A DNA stretch of 64,000 nt, taken from NCBI GenBank assembly GCA_046263085.1, contig JBHELK010000057.1:30317-94316 (forward strand), read 5' to 3'. How positions within the stretch are numbered: position 1 is the first letter of the stretch; each line of letters begins with the position of its first letter. Source of the stretch: Actinomycetota bacterium. Lineage in GTDB: Bacteria; Actinomycetota; UBA4738; JACQTL01. The position numbers and the translations under genes are program-made. A model generated the notes under the pieces. That model searched no databases, had not been told where the DNA came from, and saw nothing but the letters and a program-made list of their open reading frames with translations. Of this stretch, positions 37,798 through 46,476 are shown one piece after another.

Positions 37798-38910
37798 ATG
37801 TCGAGCTCGGTCGGGATCGTCCTGTTCGTCGTCGCCATCCTGGTGACGATCCTCATCCACGAGGCCGCGCACTTCGGCTTCGCCAAGTGGTTCGGGATCA
37901 AGGTCGAGGAGTTCTTCGTCGGGTTCGGGCCCCGCCTGTGGTCGTTCCGGCGCGGCGAGACGGAGTACGGCATCAAGGCGCTCCCGCTCGGCGGCTACGT
38001 GCGCATCGCCGGCATGAACCCGTTCCAGGACGTCCCGCCGGAGGAGGAGTCGCGGACCTTCGGTGCGAAGCCCGCCTGGCAGCGCGCGGTCGTGATCTTC
38101 GCCGGTCCGGCAACGCATTTCGTCATCGCCTTCGTGTTCTTCGCGCTGTGGCTCGGGATCGCGGGACAGACGGTCGAGCGGGGGGTGAAGTTCACCAGGA
38201 TCGCCCCCCGGATCAACGGACATGTATCCCCGGCGGCCGCGGCAGGCCTCCGATCGGGGGACCTCGTGGTCCGAGTCGGCGGCATCGACCACCCGACGAG
38301 CGACGAGCTGGCCACGTACACCCGGGCCCACGTCGGCGAGCTCATCGCGATCACGGTGCGCCGCGGAAACCGGCTGCTGACCGTGCACGTCACGCCCGAG
38401 TACTCGAACGTGCAGGGCGAACGCGTGCCGCGCATCGGGGTCGTGCTCTCGGCGATCTTCGGGAGGGACCGGGAAGGGCCGATCGGCTCGATCACGCAAG
38501 GGGCTCACCGCGTCGCCACGACCACGACGGTGGCGGTCAAGAGCTTCGGCCGGTTGTTCGATGTCGGGCGGATCTTCAACGAGTTGTTCGGAGGTGAACC
38601 CAGGCGTCAGGACGATCCCGCGAGCGTCGTCGGGGTTGCTCGAGTTGCGGGTCAGGTCGCCCAGAACAACTTCGCCGATCTGCTCGGGTTGATCGCGACG
38701 CTCAACATCTTCATCGGGCTCCTGAACCTCCTGCCACTGCCACCCTTCGACGGGGGGCACCTCGCCGTGATCGGCGTCGAGAAGATCACCCGCCGCAAGG
38801 TGGATCTCCGGCGGCTCGTCCCGCTCACCGCGGCCGTCGCCGCGTTCCTCCTGGTGTTCGTGGGGAGCCTGCTGCTGCTCGACATCGTCAAGCCCATCCC
38901 GTTCCCCTAG
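37798..38910 (+). CDS. rseP: M50-family site-2 protease (RseP/Rip1 type)
   Basis: ORF 37798..38910. HEAAHF zinc motif, PDZ-like middle, NLLPLPPFDGGH. Confidence 0.85.
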   Translation: MSSSVGIVLFVVAILVTILIHEAAHFGFAKWFGIKVEEFFVGFGPRLWSFRRGETEYGIKALPLGGYVRIAGMNPFQDVPPEEESRTFGAKPAWQRAVVIFAGPATHFVIAFVFFALWLGIAGQTVERGVKFTRIAPRINGHVSPAAAAGLRSGDLVVRVGGIDHPTSDELATYTRAHVGELIAITVRRGNRLLTVHVTPEYSNVQGERVPRIGVVLSAIFGRDREGPIGSITQGAHRVATTTTVAVKSFGRLFDVGRIFNELFGGEPRRQDDPASVVGVARVAGQVAQNNFADLLGLIATLNIFIGLLNLLPLPPFDGGHLAVIGVEKITRRKVDLRRLVPLTAAVAAFLLVFVGSLLLLDIVKPIPFP

Positions 38911-38980
38911 GCGCCCGGCCCGGGCCCGGCACAACTTCTCCACATCCCTGCCCGTGGAGAGCGGAAGGGGCGCGGCTACG

Positions 38981-39700
38981 ATGGTCGGCGACGTGAGGGA
39001 GAACGGACAGACGGTGCTCGTCGTGGAGGACGAGGCGGCCATCGCCGAGGCGGTGCGGGCGCGCCTGGCGAGCGAGGGCTACCACGTGGTCGTGGCGGGC
39101 GACGGACCGCGGGCGCTCGACGTGAACCAGCGTGAGCGACCGGACCTCGTCGTGCTCGACCTGATGCTTCCCGGCATGGACGGGCTCGAGGTGTGCAGGG
39201 AGATCCAGCGCAGCTCGTGGGTGCCGGTGCTCATGCTCACCGCGCGCACCGACGAGTCCGACAAGGTGGCGGGGTTCTCCGTCGGCGCCGACGACTACCT
39301 GACGAAGCCGTTCAGCCTTCGCGAGCTGACGGTGCGGGTGAAGGCCATCCTGCGCCGCGTCCACCGCGCCAACGCGGCGGCGAGCGCGTCGGAGCCCATC
39401 CACCGTGGCGCGCTCGCCATCGACCCGGCCCGACGGCGCGTCACGGTCGACGCCGAGGAGGTCCCGCTCACGCCGCTCGAGTTCGACATCGTGCTGACCC
39501 TCGCCCGGAGCCCCGGCGTGGTGTTCACCCGCGAGAGCCTGATGGACGGTGTGTGGGGCTACCGGGATTTCGCCGGCGGCAGGGTGGTGGACTCCCACGT
39601 CGCGAGGATCCGTCGCAAGCTCGGCGAGGACGGTCAGGAGCCGCGTTTCATCCAGACCGTGCACGGCGTGGGGTACGCCTTCCGCGAGGACGCCGCGTGA
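38981..39700 (+). CDS. OmpR-family response regulator (alternative start GTG 38954)
   Basis: Frame of ORF 38954..39700. VLVVEDE, DLVVLDLMLPGMDG, LTKPF, winged helix LTPLEFDIV...IQTVHGVGYAF. Confidence 0.85.
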   Translation: MVGDVRENGQTVLVVEDEAAIAEAVRARLASEGYHVVVAGDGPRALDVNQRERPDLVVLDLMLPGMDGLEVCREIQRSSWVPVLMLTARTDESDKVAGFSVGADDYLTKPFSLRELTVRVKAILRRVHRANAAASASEPIHRGALAIDPARRRVTVDAEEVPLTPLEFDIVLTLARSPGVVFTRESLMDGVWGYRDFAGGRVVDSHVARIRRKLGEDGQEPRFIQTVHGVGYAFREDAA

Positions 39701-40776
39701 ACCTCCGGCCGCTCGATCGCCTGCCGAGCATCCGGGCCAAGCTCGGCTCGGTCATCGTCTTCGCCGTCGGGATGACCGTCGTGCTCGTGTACGTGGCGAT
39801 CGGTTTCGTCGCCGGCTGGGCGTTCATCTCCGACGTGTGGTGGCAGCTCCTCGTGGGCGGCGCGCTCGCGGCGGGGACCGCGCTGCTGCTCGCGCGGCTC
39901 CTCTCCATCGGCATGACGAAGCCGTTGCGCGACATGGCACATGCGGCGGGGCAGATGGCCCAGGGGGAATACCGCCACCGGGTCCACACCACGAGCCGCG
40001 ACGAGGTCGGGCAGCTCGCTGACGCGTTCAACCGCATGGCGTCGGAGCTGGCCTCGGTGGAGCGGCTGCGCCGCGACCTCGTGGCCAACGTGTCGCACGA
40101 GCTGAAGACGCCGATCTCTGCGTTGCGAGCTCGCCTGGAGAACCTCCTCGACGGCGTGGAGAGGCCGGATCCGGAGGTGCTGCAGGTCATGTTGCAGCAG
40201 GCCGACCGCCTGTCGCGTCTCGTGGAGCAGCTCCTCGATCTGTCGCGGCTCGATTCCGGCGACGTCCCGCTCGCACCGCACGAGCTCGAGCTGGACGGCC
40301 TGGTGCGTGAGGTCGTGTCGGAGGTCGCGGTGGCGAGGGCCGGTCACCTGGTCCGGTTCCGCGACGAGCTGCCGAGCGATCTCCCGATGGTCTGGGCCGA
40401 CCGGGAGCGGATCCACCAGGTCCTGTTCAACCTCCTCGACAACGCCGCTCGGTTCACCCCACCGGGCGGAGAGGTCGTCGTCTCCGGTGGCCGGGTCCCG
40501 GGGCGGTGCGAGATCCGGGTCACGGACACGGGGCCGGGGATCCCGCCGGAGCATCTGCCGTTCCTGTTCGAACGGTTCTACCGCGTCGACCAGGCCAGAT
40601 CGCGGGGTGTGGGCGGGACCGGCATCGGGCTTGCCATCGCCAGGTCGGTGATCGAGGCCCACGGGGGAAGGATCTGGGCGGAGAGCGAGATCGGACGCGG
40701 GAGCGTGTTCGGCTTCGACCTCCCCATCGCCGGCGTGAAAGAGCGCCCCAAGGTGACCACAGGAGGAAGCGCGTGA
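39697..40776 (+). CDS. HAMP-domain sensor histidine kinase
   Basis: GTG 39697 overlaps the regulator stop (frame of ORF 39193..40776). Two TM helices, HAMP, VSHELKTPISAL, GGTGIGLAIARSV. Confidence 0.85.
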   Translation: MNLRPLDRLPSIRAKLGSVIVFAVGMTVVLVYVAIGFVAGWAFISDVWWQLLVGGALAAGTALLLARLLSIGMTKPLRDMAHAAGQMAQGEYRHRVHTTSRDEVGQLADAFNRMASELASVERLRRDLVANVSHELKTPISALRARLENLLDGVERPDPEVLQVMLQQADRLSRLVEQLLDLSRLDSGDVPLAPHELELDGLVREVVSEVAVARAGHLVRFRDELPSDLPMVWADRERIHQVLFNLLDNAARFTPPGGEVVVSGGRVPGRCEIRVTDTGPGIPPEHLPFLFERFYRVDQARSRGVGGTGIGLAIARSVIEAHGGRIWAESEIGRGSVFGFDLPIAGVKERPKVTTGGSA

Positions 40777-41222
40777 AGTCACAGACCATCACCATCGAGG
40801 TCGAGGCGGCCGGACGCGACACCTACACCGACCTCACGGACGACCTCCGCCGCGCCATCAAGGACTCGGGCGTCACGGAGGGCGCGGCGATCGCGTTCTG
40901 TCCGCACACCACGTGCAACCTGCTGATCAACGAGTGGGAGCAGGGCGCGTTGAACGACTTCCGGGCCCGCCTGGGGGCGATCGTGCCCGACGACGTCTAC
41001 TACCTGCACGACGACTTGGAACGCAGAACCGAGAACCTGCAGGAGGCGCACGAGCGGCAGAACGGCCACGCCCACGTCAAGCAGATGCTGCTCACCGCGA
41101 CCTCGCACGCCATCCCCGTCACGGCCGGGGAACCGCTCCTCGGGCGATGGCAGCGGCTGCTCCTCCTCGAGCTCGACGAGCCCAAGGAGCGCCAGATCGT
41201 CTTCCACGTCTTCGGCGAGTAG
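40773..41222 (+). CDS. YjbQ/UPF0047-family protein
   Basis: GTG 40773 overlaps the kinase stop, AGGAGGA SD (frame of ORF 40506..41222). HTTCNLLINEWE, NGHAHVKQMLL, LGRWQRLLLLELD. Confidence 0.8.
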   Translation: MKSQTITIEVEAAGRDTYTDLTDDLRRAIKDSGVTEGAAIAFCPHTTCNLLINEWEQGALNDFRARLGAIVPDDVYYLHDDLERRTENLQEAHERQNGHAHVKQMLLTATSHAIPVTAGEPLLGRWQRLLLLELDEPKERQIVFHVFGE

Positions 41223-41269
41223 GTCCTGGTCGCGCGCGCGGGCCGGGGGTTGTCCCCGGCACCCCCTCG

Positions 41270-41275
41270 TAGACT
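41270..41275 (+). promoter_or_regulatory. -10-like TAGACT, 7 nt upstream of the ispG ATG (leaderless mRNA predicted)
   Basis: TANNNT hexamer. Preceded by a GC hairpin GCCGGGG-GTTGT-CCCCGGC (41242-41260) after the yjbQ stop. Confidence 0.4.
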
Positions 41276-41282
41276 GGAAACG

Positions 41283-42383
41283 ATGACCATCCAGCGCAGG
41301 GTGTCGAAGCAGGTCAGGGTGGGCCCCGTCACCGTCGGCGGCGACGCGCCGATCCGGGTGCAGTCCATGACCACCACGAAGACCGCCGACATCAACGCCA
41401 CGCTGCAGCAGATCGCATCGCTCGTGGCGACTGGCTGCGAGATCGTTCGCGTCGCGGTCCCCCACTGGGAGGACGCGGAAGCGTTGACGGCGATCGCGGC
41501 GAAGTCGACGATCCCCGTCATCGCCGACATCCACTTCCAGTGGAAGTACGCGATGGCCGCGCTGGAGGCCGGCATCCAGGGCCTCCGGATCAACCCGGGC
41601 AACATCAAGTATCAGGACAAGGTGCGGCTCATCGCGCGGGAGGCCAAGGAGCGAGGGGTGCCGATCCGCATCGGCGTGAACGCTGGCTCGCTGGAGAAGG
41701 ACCTCCTGGCGCGCTACGGCCGCCCCACGCCGGAGGCGCTCGTCGAGAGCGCGATGAACGAGATCCGGATCCTGGAGGACGAGGACTTCACCGACATCAA
41801 GATCTCGGTCAAGCACTCCAACCCCGCTGAGATGATCGAGGCCTACCGGCAGCTCGCCGAGAAGACCGAGTACCCGCTGCACCTCGGCGTGACGGAGGCG
41901 GGCCCGATGCCCGCCGGGGGTGTGAAGAGCGCCGTCGGCATCGGTGCCCTGCTCGCCGAGGGCATCGGCGACACGATCCGCGTCTCGCTCACCGACGACC
42001 CCGTGGAGGAGGTCAAGGTCGGCAACTGGATCCTTCAGTCACTGGGTCTGAAGAAGCGCGGCCTCGACCTCGTGGCATGCCCGTCCTGCGGCCGGGCGGA
42101 GGTCGACGTGCTCGGGCTCACGAGGAAGGTCAACGAGGCGCTCGAGGCCTCGGGGCTCAAGGCGCCGATCCGGGTCGCCGTCATGGGCTGCGTGGTGAAC
42201 GGCCCCGGCGAGGCCCGCGAAGCCGATCTCGGCATCGCCGCGGGCAAGGGCTACGGACAGCTCATCGTCGGCGGGGAGGTCCAGGAGCGGAGGATTCCCG
42301 AGGCCGAGATCGCCGGGGTCGTCGTCGCCGAGGCCCGCAAGCTCGCGGCGGCGAGAGCGGGCGAGGGGCAGGAGACTCGGTAG
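41283..42383 (+). CDS. ispG: 4-hydroxy-3-methylbut-2-en-1-yl diphosphate synthase
   Basis: ATG 41283 in frame with ORF 41250..42383. [25 protein letters not shown]...[10 protein letters not shown]. Confidence 0.95.
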   Translation: MTIQRRVSKQVRVGPVTVGGDAPIRVQSMTTTKTADINATLQQIASLVATGCEIVRVAVPHWEDAEALTAIAAKSTIPVIADIHFQWKYAMAALEAGIQGLRINPGNIKYQDKVRLIAREAKERGVPIRIGVNAGSLEKDLLARYGRPTPEALVESAMNEIRILEDEDFTDIKISVKHSNPAEMIEAYRQLAEKTEYPLHLGVTEAGPMPAGGVKSAVGIGALLAEGIGDTIRVSLTDDPVEEVKVGNWILQSLGLKKRGLDLVACPSCGRAEVDVLGLTRKVNEALEASGLKAPIRVAVMGCVVNGPGEAREADLGIAAGKGYGQLIVGGEVQERRIPEAEIAGVVVAEARKLAAARAGEGQETR

Positions 42384-42422
42384 CGGGGGCGGGAGACTCG
42401 GTAGCGAGGGGCGGGACTCAGG
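42365..42422. repeat. 21-bp tandem duplication (2.7 copies) spanning the ispG stop codon
   Basis: GGGGCAGGAGACTCGGTAGCG (42365-85), GGGGCGGGAGACTCGGTAGCG (42386-406), partial AGGGGCGGGACTCAGG. The second copy carries a second in-frame TAG. Confidence 0.6.
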
Positions 42423-43602
42423 AGCAGGACAGCTCGATCAGTGCCACCGAACCGCCGGTCGTGAGCGCCGGGGCGCTGCCCACAGCCCACGACGACGCCG
42501 CGGAGGGCGTCGAGACCGCGGCGAGGCTTCCGCCGCGGCTCGGGGTGGGGCTGGCCTCGACGGACCACGAGCCGTCGTGCCATCGCTCCACGAGGGTGTG
42601 TGCGTTGTCGTTCGCCGGGACGGTGTAGCCCACGGCGAGGCCGTCTCCCCCGTCGATCATGTCCACCCCGGTGAGGCGAGCCGTGGCGCCCTGGGGGGTC
42701 GCGGCCCTGACCCGCTTCCAGGCTGTGCCGTCCCAGTGCAGCGCGAGCACCGCGTCACCCGCCGTCCTTCGTGCGTGGCGACCCACCGCCCAGGCGTCGC
42801 GGCGGGAGACGAGGGACACGCCGAAGAGCTCGTTGCTGTGGCCGTTCGCGGCCGTGGGTGCACCCGCGTCGGGGCTTTTCTGCATGCGCCACGATGTCCC
42901 GTTCCATCGCTCGACCAGCGTCGCGCGAACGTCGCTCGTGCCCACGCTGCGATGGCCCACCGCGATCACATTGTTCGCCGACGACGCGTCCACGCCGAGG
43001 AGCTCGTCCTCGCTCGCGGCGGGGCCCGGGTTCGGGGTCGAGATCAGACGCCACGCGCCGTGGGAGAAGTGCACCGCGAGTGTCTGGAAGGCTGACCCGC
43101 CCAGCCCGTAGTAGGTCCCGACCGCCCATGCCTCGTCCGGGCCCAGGGCGACCACGTCGGACAGGATGTTCTGCGTCATGGCCCGGCCCGGCCCGGCGTG
43201 GTTCGGGCTCGGCACGACCAACCACTGCTGCCCGTCCCACTGCTCGACCAGGGTCTGGATCGCCGTGCCCGGTCCGCCGTAGACGTCGCCCACGGCCCAG
43301 GCATGCGTGGCGTCGATCGCGGCGACCCCGAGCAGTTCGCTGCGCTCGCCCGGGTCGGGGCTCGGCACGACGGACCACCCCTGTCCGTCCCAGTGCTCGA
43401 TCAACGTGTGGAAGTCGATGCCGTCGTACGTGGAGCCCACGCCCCAGGCATCCGAGGCTGAGATCGCGGAGACGTCGGTCAGGGTCACCACCGCCTCGTT
43501 GGGATCCTGCCCAGCGTCCTGCTGGTGCCAGGCGCCGTCGCACGGCACCGCGGATGGCGAGGCCGGCGCGGCGGCCGGAGACCACAGGCAAAGGCAGACC
43601 AC
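42418..43602 (-). CDS. Predicted 7-bladed beta-propeller protein with WAVG / W-[DN]-G-x-x-W repeats; weak signal peptide, start uncertain
   Basis: ORF 42418..43602. About 50-aa repeat units: HWDGQGWSVVPSPDPG, EQWDGQQWLVVPSPNHAG, HFSHGAWRLISTPNPG, ERWNGTSWRMQKSPDAG, HWDGTAWKRV, ERWHDGSWSVEASPTPS. Confidence 0.65.
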   Translation of the reverse strand: MVCLCLWSPAAAPASPSAVPCDGAWHQQDAGQDPNEAVVTLTDVSAISASDAWGVGSTYDGIDFHTLIEHWDGQGWSVVPSPDPGERSELLGVAAIDATHAWAVGDVYGGPGTAIQTLVEQWDGQQWLVVPSPNHAGPGRAMTQNILSDVVALGPDEAWAVGTYYGLGGSAFQTLAVHFSHGAWRLISTPNPGPAASEDELLGVDASSANNVIAVGHRSVGTSDVRATLVERWNGTSWRMQKSPDAGAPTAANGHSNELFGVSLVSRRDAWAVGRHARRTAGDAVLALHWDGTAWKRVRAATPQGATARLTGVDMIDGGDGLAVGYTVPANDNAHTLVERWHDGSWSVEASPTPSRGGSLAAVSTPSAASSWAVGSAPALTTGGSVALIELSCS

Positions 43603-43639
43603 GACGGTGGCCCGCCCGATCGCGCTCAGGAGCCGCTCG

Positions 43640-44266
43640 TCAGTTCGAGTGCTCGACGACCCCGTAGAACGCGTTCGTGTCCTTGTCCTCGAAGGACAGG
43701 CCGTCGACCGAGATCTTATTGTTGATGGCCCGTGCCGCTTTGGCGTCCTTCCAGATGAACCCCTCGGGTATGACGATGTGCACTTCCTGCTCCTGCGATT
43801 CGTCCATCGGGCTCACGTGCGGGGTCATCGCGGCGGAGACCTTGTCGCCGACCTTGACGCTGGAGCGCGTGTCGTCCACCGTCATCTCGACCGGCTCCAC
43901 GAAGGGCCCGAGCACCTCCGAGATCGTGGTCGAGAGGATCTCGTGGGGCATGCCGCCGTACTGTCCCAGGAGGATCGCCCCGAGCTCCCGCATCTGGTCC
44001 TCAGTGGTCGAGGTGTCGAACCAGAGCGCCGCCTTGCCGTTTCCCTCGTGGATGGCTCCGGGCCAGTCGAAGGCCATCACGAACGTGGCGCCCGACAGGT
44101 CCACGTCGCCGCTGCGTCCGTCCCGGATCTTCATCCCGATGACGCTGCGGCAGTTCCCGTGCGTCGGAAACCCGTTGAAGTTGCACGGGCATCCGTACGC
44201 GCAGTTGCAGAGCTCGAGGTAGTCCGCCGTGTACTGCCACTTCGTGGCCGTCGCGGTGTCCGCCAT
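43640..44266 (-). CDS. DUF1326-family Cys-rich protein
   Basis: ORF 43640..44266. N-terminal WQYTADYLELCNCAYGCPCNFNGFPTHGNC matches my recollection of the DUF1326 signature. Confidence 0.7.
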   Translation of the reverse strand: MADTATATKWQYTADYLELCNCAYGCPCNFNGFPTHGNCRSVIGMKIRDGRSGDVDLSGATFVMAFDWPGAIHEGNGKAALWFDTSTTEDQMRELGAILLGQYGGMPHEILSTTISEVLGPFVEPVEMTVDDTRSSVKVGDKVSAAMTPHVSPMDESQEQEVHIVIPEGFIWKDAKAARAINNKISVDGLSFEDKDTNAFYGVVEHSN

Positions 44267-44315
44267 CCCCGCACCCCCCTTTTTGTCCGGTTCGGGGGAT
44301 TCTGGGGGAGCGGGC

Positions 44316-44888
44316 TCAGCGAGTCAAGCGCAGGAAGTTCTCGACGATGCGAGGTCCCTCGGGCGTGAGGATCGACTCCGGATGGAACTGCACCCCGAAC
44401 TTCGGCAGGTCCCGGTGCCGGATGCCCATGACCAGGCCGTCCTCCGTCCACGCCGTGACCTCGACGTCGGGCGGGAGGTCGTCACGCTCGACCACGAGCG
44501 AGTGGTAGCGCCCCCCCTGGAAGGGATCGGGGACGCCCTCGAAGATGGTCTTGCCGTCGTGGCGGATCGCGGAAGCCTTGCCGTGCACCGGCTCCGGGCC
44601 GCGATCGACGCGCCCTCCGAGCGCCGCACCGATGGCCTGGTGACCGAGGCACACGCCGAGGACCGGGGTTGCCGGGTCGAGGGCGCGCGTGAGCTCGATC
44701 ATGCATCCGGCATCCTCCGGGCGGCCCGGCCCGGGGGAGAGGATCACGGCGTCGGCGCCGCGTTGCACCAGCGCGGCCGTCGGCTCCTGGTCGGAGCGCA
44801 CGACCTCCGTGTCGTGACCGAGTCCCTCCACGAGCTGCACGAGGTTGTAGACGAACGAGTCGTAGTGATCGATCACCAGCACCCTCAT
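44316..44888 (-). CDS. trpG: Anthranilate (or aminodeoxychorismate) synthase glutamine amidotransferase component II
   Basis: ATG at 44888 within ORF 44316..46598. MRVLVIDHYDSFVYNL, GVCLGHQAIG, GVQFHPES triad. Confidence 0.85.
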   Translation of the reverse strand: MRVLVIDHYDSFVYNLVQLVEGLGHDTEVVRSDQEPTAALVQRGADAVILSPGPGRPEDAGCMIELTRALDPATPVLGVCLGHQAIGAALGGRVDRGPEPVHGKASAIRHDGKTIFEGVPDPFQGGRYHSLVVERDDLPPDVEVTAWTEDGLVMGIRHRDLPKFGVQFHPESILTPEGPRIVENFLRLTR

Positions 44889-46387
44889 TGCGTGGCGCCG
44901 ATCCGCTCCGCGACGGCCGGCGCGCCCCCCAGCGCCGCGAGGAGCGCCGACGCCTTGGCGTCGGTCTCGTCGAGCTCCCGCCCGGGGTTGGAGTCGGCGA
45001 CGATCCCCGCGCCGGCCTGGACGAAGGCCTCCCCGCCGGTGATCACCGCCGTGCGGATCGTGATGCAGAAGTCGAGGTCGCCCGCGAACGTGAGGTATCC
45101 CACCGCGCCGGCGTAGGGGCCGCGTGCCACCGGCTCCTCGTCCCGGATGATCTCCATGGCGCGGCGCTTCGGCGCCCCGGTCACGGTGCCGGCCGGGAAC
45201 GTCGCGGCGAGGGCGTCGACCGGCGAGAGCTCGTCTCGAAGCTCGCCCTCCACCGTGCTCACGATGTGCATGACGCGGGAGAACCGCTCCACCTGCATGA
45301 GCTCCGTGGGACGCACCGAGCCGGGACGGCACACCCGGCCGAGGTCGTTCCTCGCGAGGTCCACCAACATCGCGTGCTCGGCCAGCTCCTTGGGATCGGC
45401 GAGGAGCTGGGCCTCGAGCCGAGCGTCCTCCTGCTCGTCGATGCCGCGCCGATACGTGCCCGCGATGGGGCGCGACACCACCTTGCGCCCCTCGACGCGC
45501 ACGAGCGGCTCCGGGGACGATCCCGCGAGCTCCAGGGCGGGGGTCCGCAGGAAGAACATGTAGGGCGAGGGGTTCGCGATGCGCAGGCGACGGTAGATCG
45601 GCAGCCCACCGTCGGGCGCGGCCACCGAGCGACGCCGCGACAGCACGACCTGGAAGATGTCCCCAGCGACGATGTGCTCCTTCGCTCGCAGGACCGATTC
45701 GCGGAACGCCAGTGCGTCGCGCGGCGGGGCGGACGGAACGGGGCGAGACATGCCGAGGGGCTCCGGCGCGGGGGGGACGGCGGATCGAACGTGCTCGGCG
45801 AGATGCTCCAGTGAGTCCACGGCAGCCGCGTGGTCGCCCGCGTGGCACACGAGCAGCAACCGTTGCTTCCAGTGGTCGAAGACCACCGCGCGATCGATCA
45901 CGAGCAGATAGATCGGCGGTCCCGGAAGCGCGGCACCGCCGGGATAGGGGTGGCCGTCGAGGAGCTCGGCGGCCTCGTACGTGAGCATCCCGACCAGTCC
46001 CCCCACGAGCGGCGGCAGGCCTGGGAGGTGGGGCGCTCTCAGCGCCTCGGCGATCGCTCGGAGCGAGGGCGCGGCGCCGTCGGGGAGCGTGTCGGGGAAC
46101 CCCAGGTCCCGGACGACCTGTTCCACGCGAGCCCCGGAGGCGTCCACGGTCACCACGGCGGCGGGGTCGCCGGCGACGAACGAATAGCGGCCCCAGCGCT
46201 CCGAGCGCTCCACGCTTTCCAGCAGCACGCCGGGCCCCTCCCGGGCCAGCGACGGGAAGACCCCGACGGGGGTCGAGACGTCCGCGGAGAGCTCGGTCCA
46301 GACGGGCACGAGCGGCCACTCCGCGGCCAGCGCGTCGAACTCGTCCTTGTCCGGGCGGATCTTCAGCGGCGGCGTCATCGCTCCCAT
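44885..46387 (-). CDS. trpE: Anthranilate synthase component I
   Basis: ORF 44885..46387. LLESVERSERWGRYSF, FPAGTVTGAPKRRAMEII, GPYAGAVGY. The stop overlaps the trpG ATG (ATGA). Confidence 0.85.
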   Translation of the reverse strand: MGAMTPPLKIRPDKDEFDALAAEWPLVPVWTELSADVSTPVGVFPSLAREGPGVLLESVERSERWGRYSFVAGDPAAVVTVDASGARVEQVVRDLGFPDTLPDGAAPSLRAIAEALRAPHLPGLPPLVGGLVGMLTYEAAELLDGHPYPGGAALPGPPIYLLVIDRAVVFDHWKQRLLLVCHAGDHAAAVDSLEHLAEHVRSAVPPAPEPLGMSRPVPSAPPRDALAFRESVLRAKEHIVAGDIFQVVLSRRRSVAAPDGGLPIYRRLRIANPSPYMFFLRTPALELAGSSPEPLVRVEGRKVVSRPIAGTYRRGIDEQEDARLEAQLLADPKELAEHAMLVDLARNDLGRVCRPGSVRPTELMQVERFSRVMHIVSTVEGELRDELSPVDALAATFPAGTVTGAPKRRAMEIIRDEEPVARGPYAGAVGYLTFAGDLDFCITIRTAVITGGEAFVQAGAGIVADSNPGRELDETDAKASALLAALGGAPAVAERIGATQ

Positions 46388-46419
46388 GATCGACCACTCT
46401 CGCAGATGCGAGCAGATGC

Positions 46420-46449
46420 GAAAGGCCCCGGGTCGCCCCGGGGCCTTTC
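46420..46449 (-). terminator. 13-bp perfect GC-rich hairpin between the cupredoxin-like gene stop and the trpE start
   Basis: GAAAGGCCCCGGG-TCGC-CCCGGGGCCTTTC. No extended U-tract on either strand beyond the TTT within the stem. Confidence 0.45.
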
Positions 46450-46476
46450 GAACGTCCTGTGGACCGCAGGTCGCCG

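Noticed and set aside
36616-39042. 808-aa minus-strand ORF across dxr and rseP
   Set aside because: It is antisense to two genes with unambiguous catalytic motifs. The composition is dominated by Arg/Gly/Asp/Pro and no domain is recognisable.
46388-46476. Classical trp leader-peptide attenuator or T-box upstream of trpE
   Set aside because: There is no small ORF with tandem Trp codons and no specifier or T-box sequence. Only a single strong stem and a short direct repeat are present.
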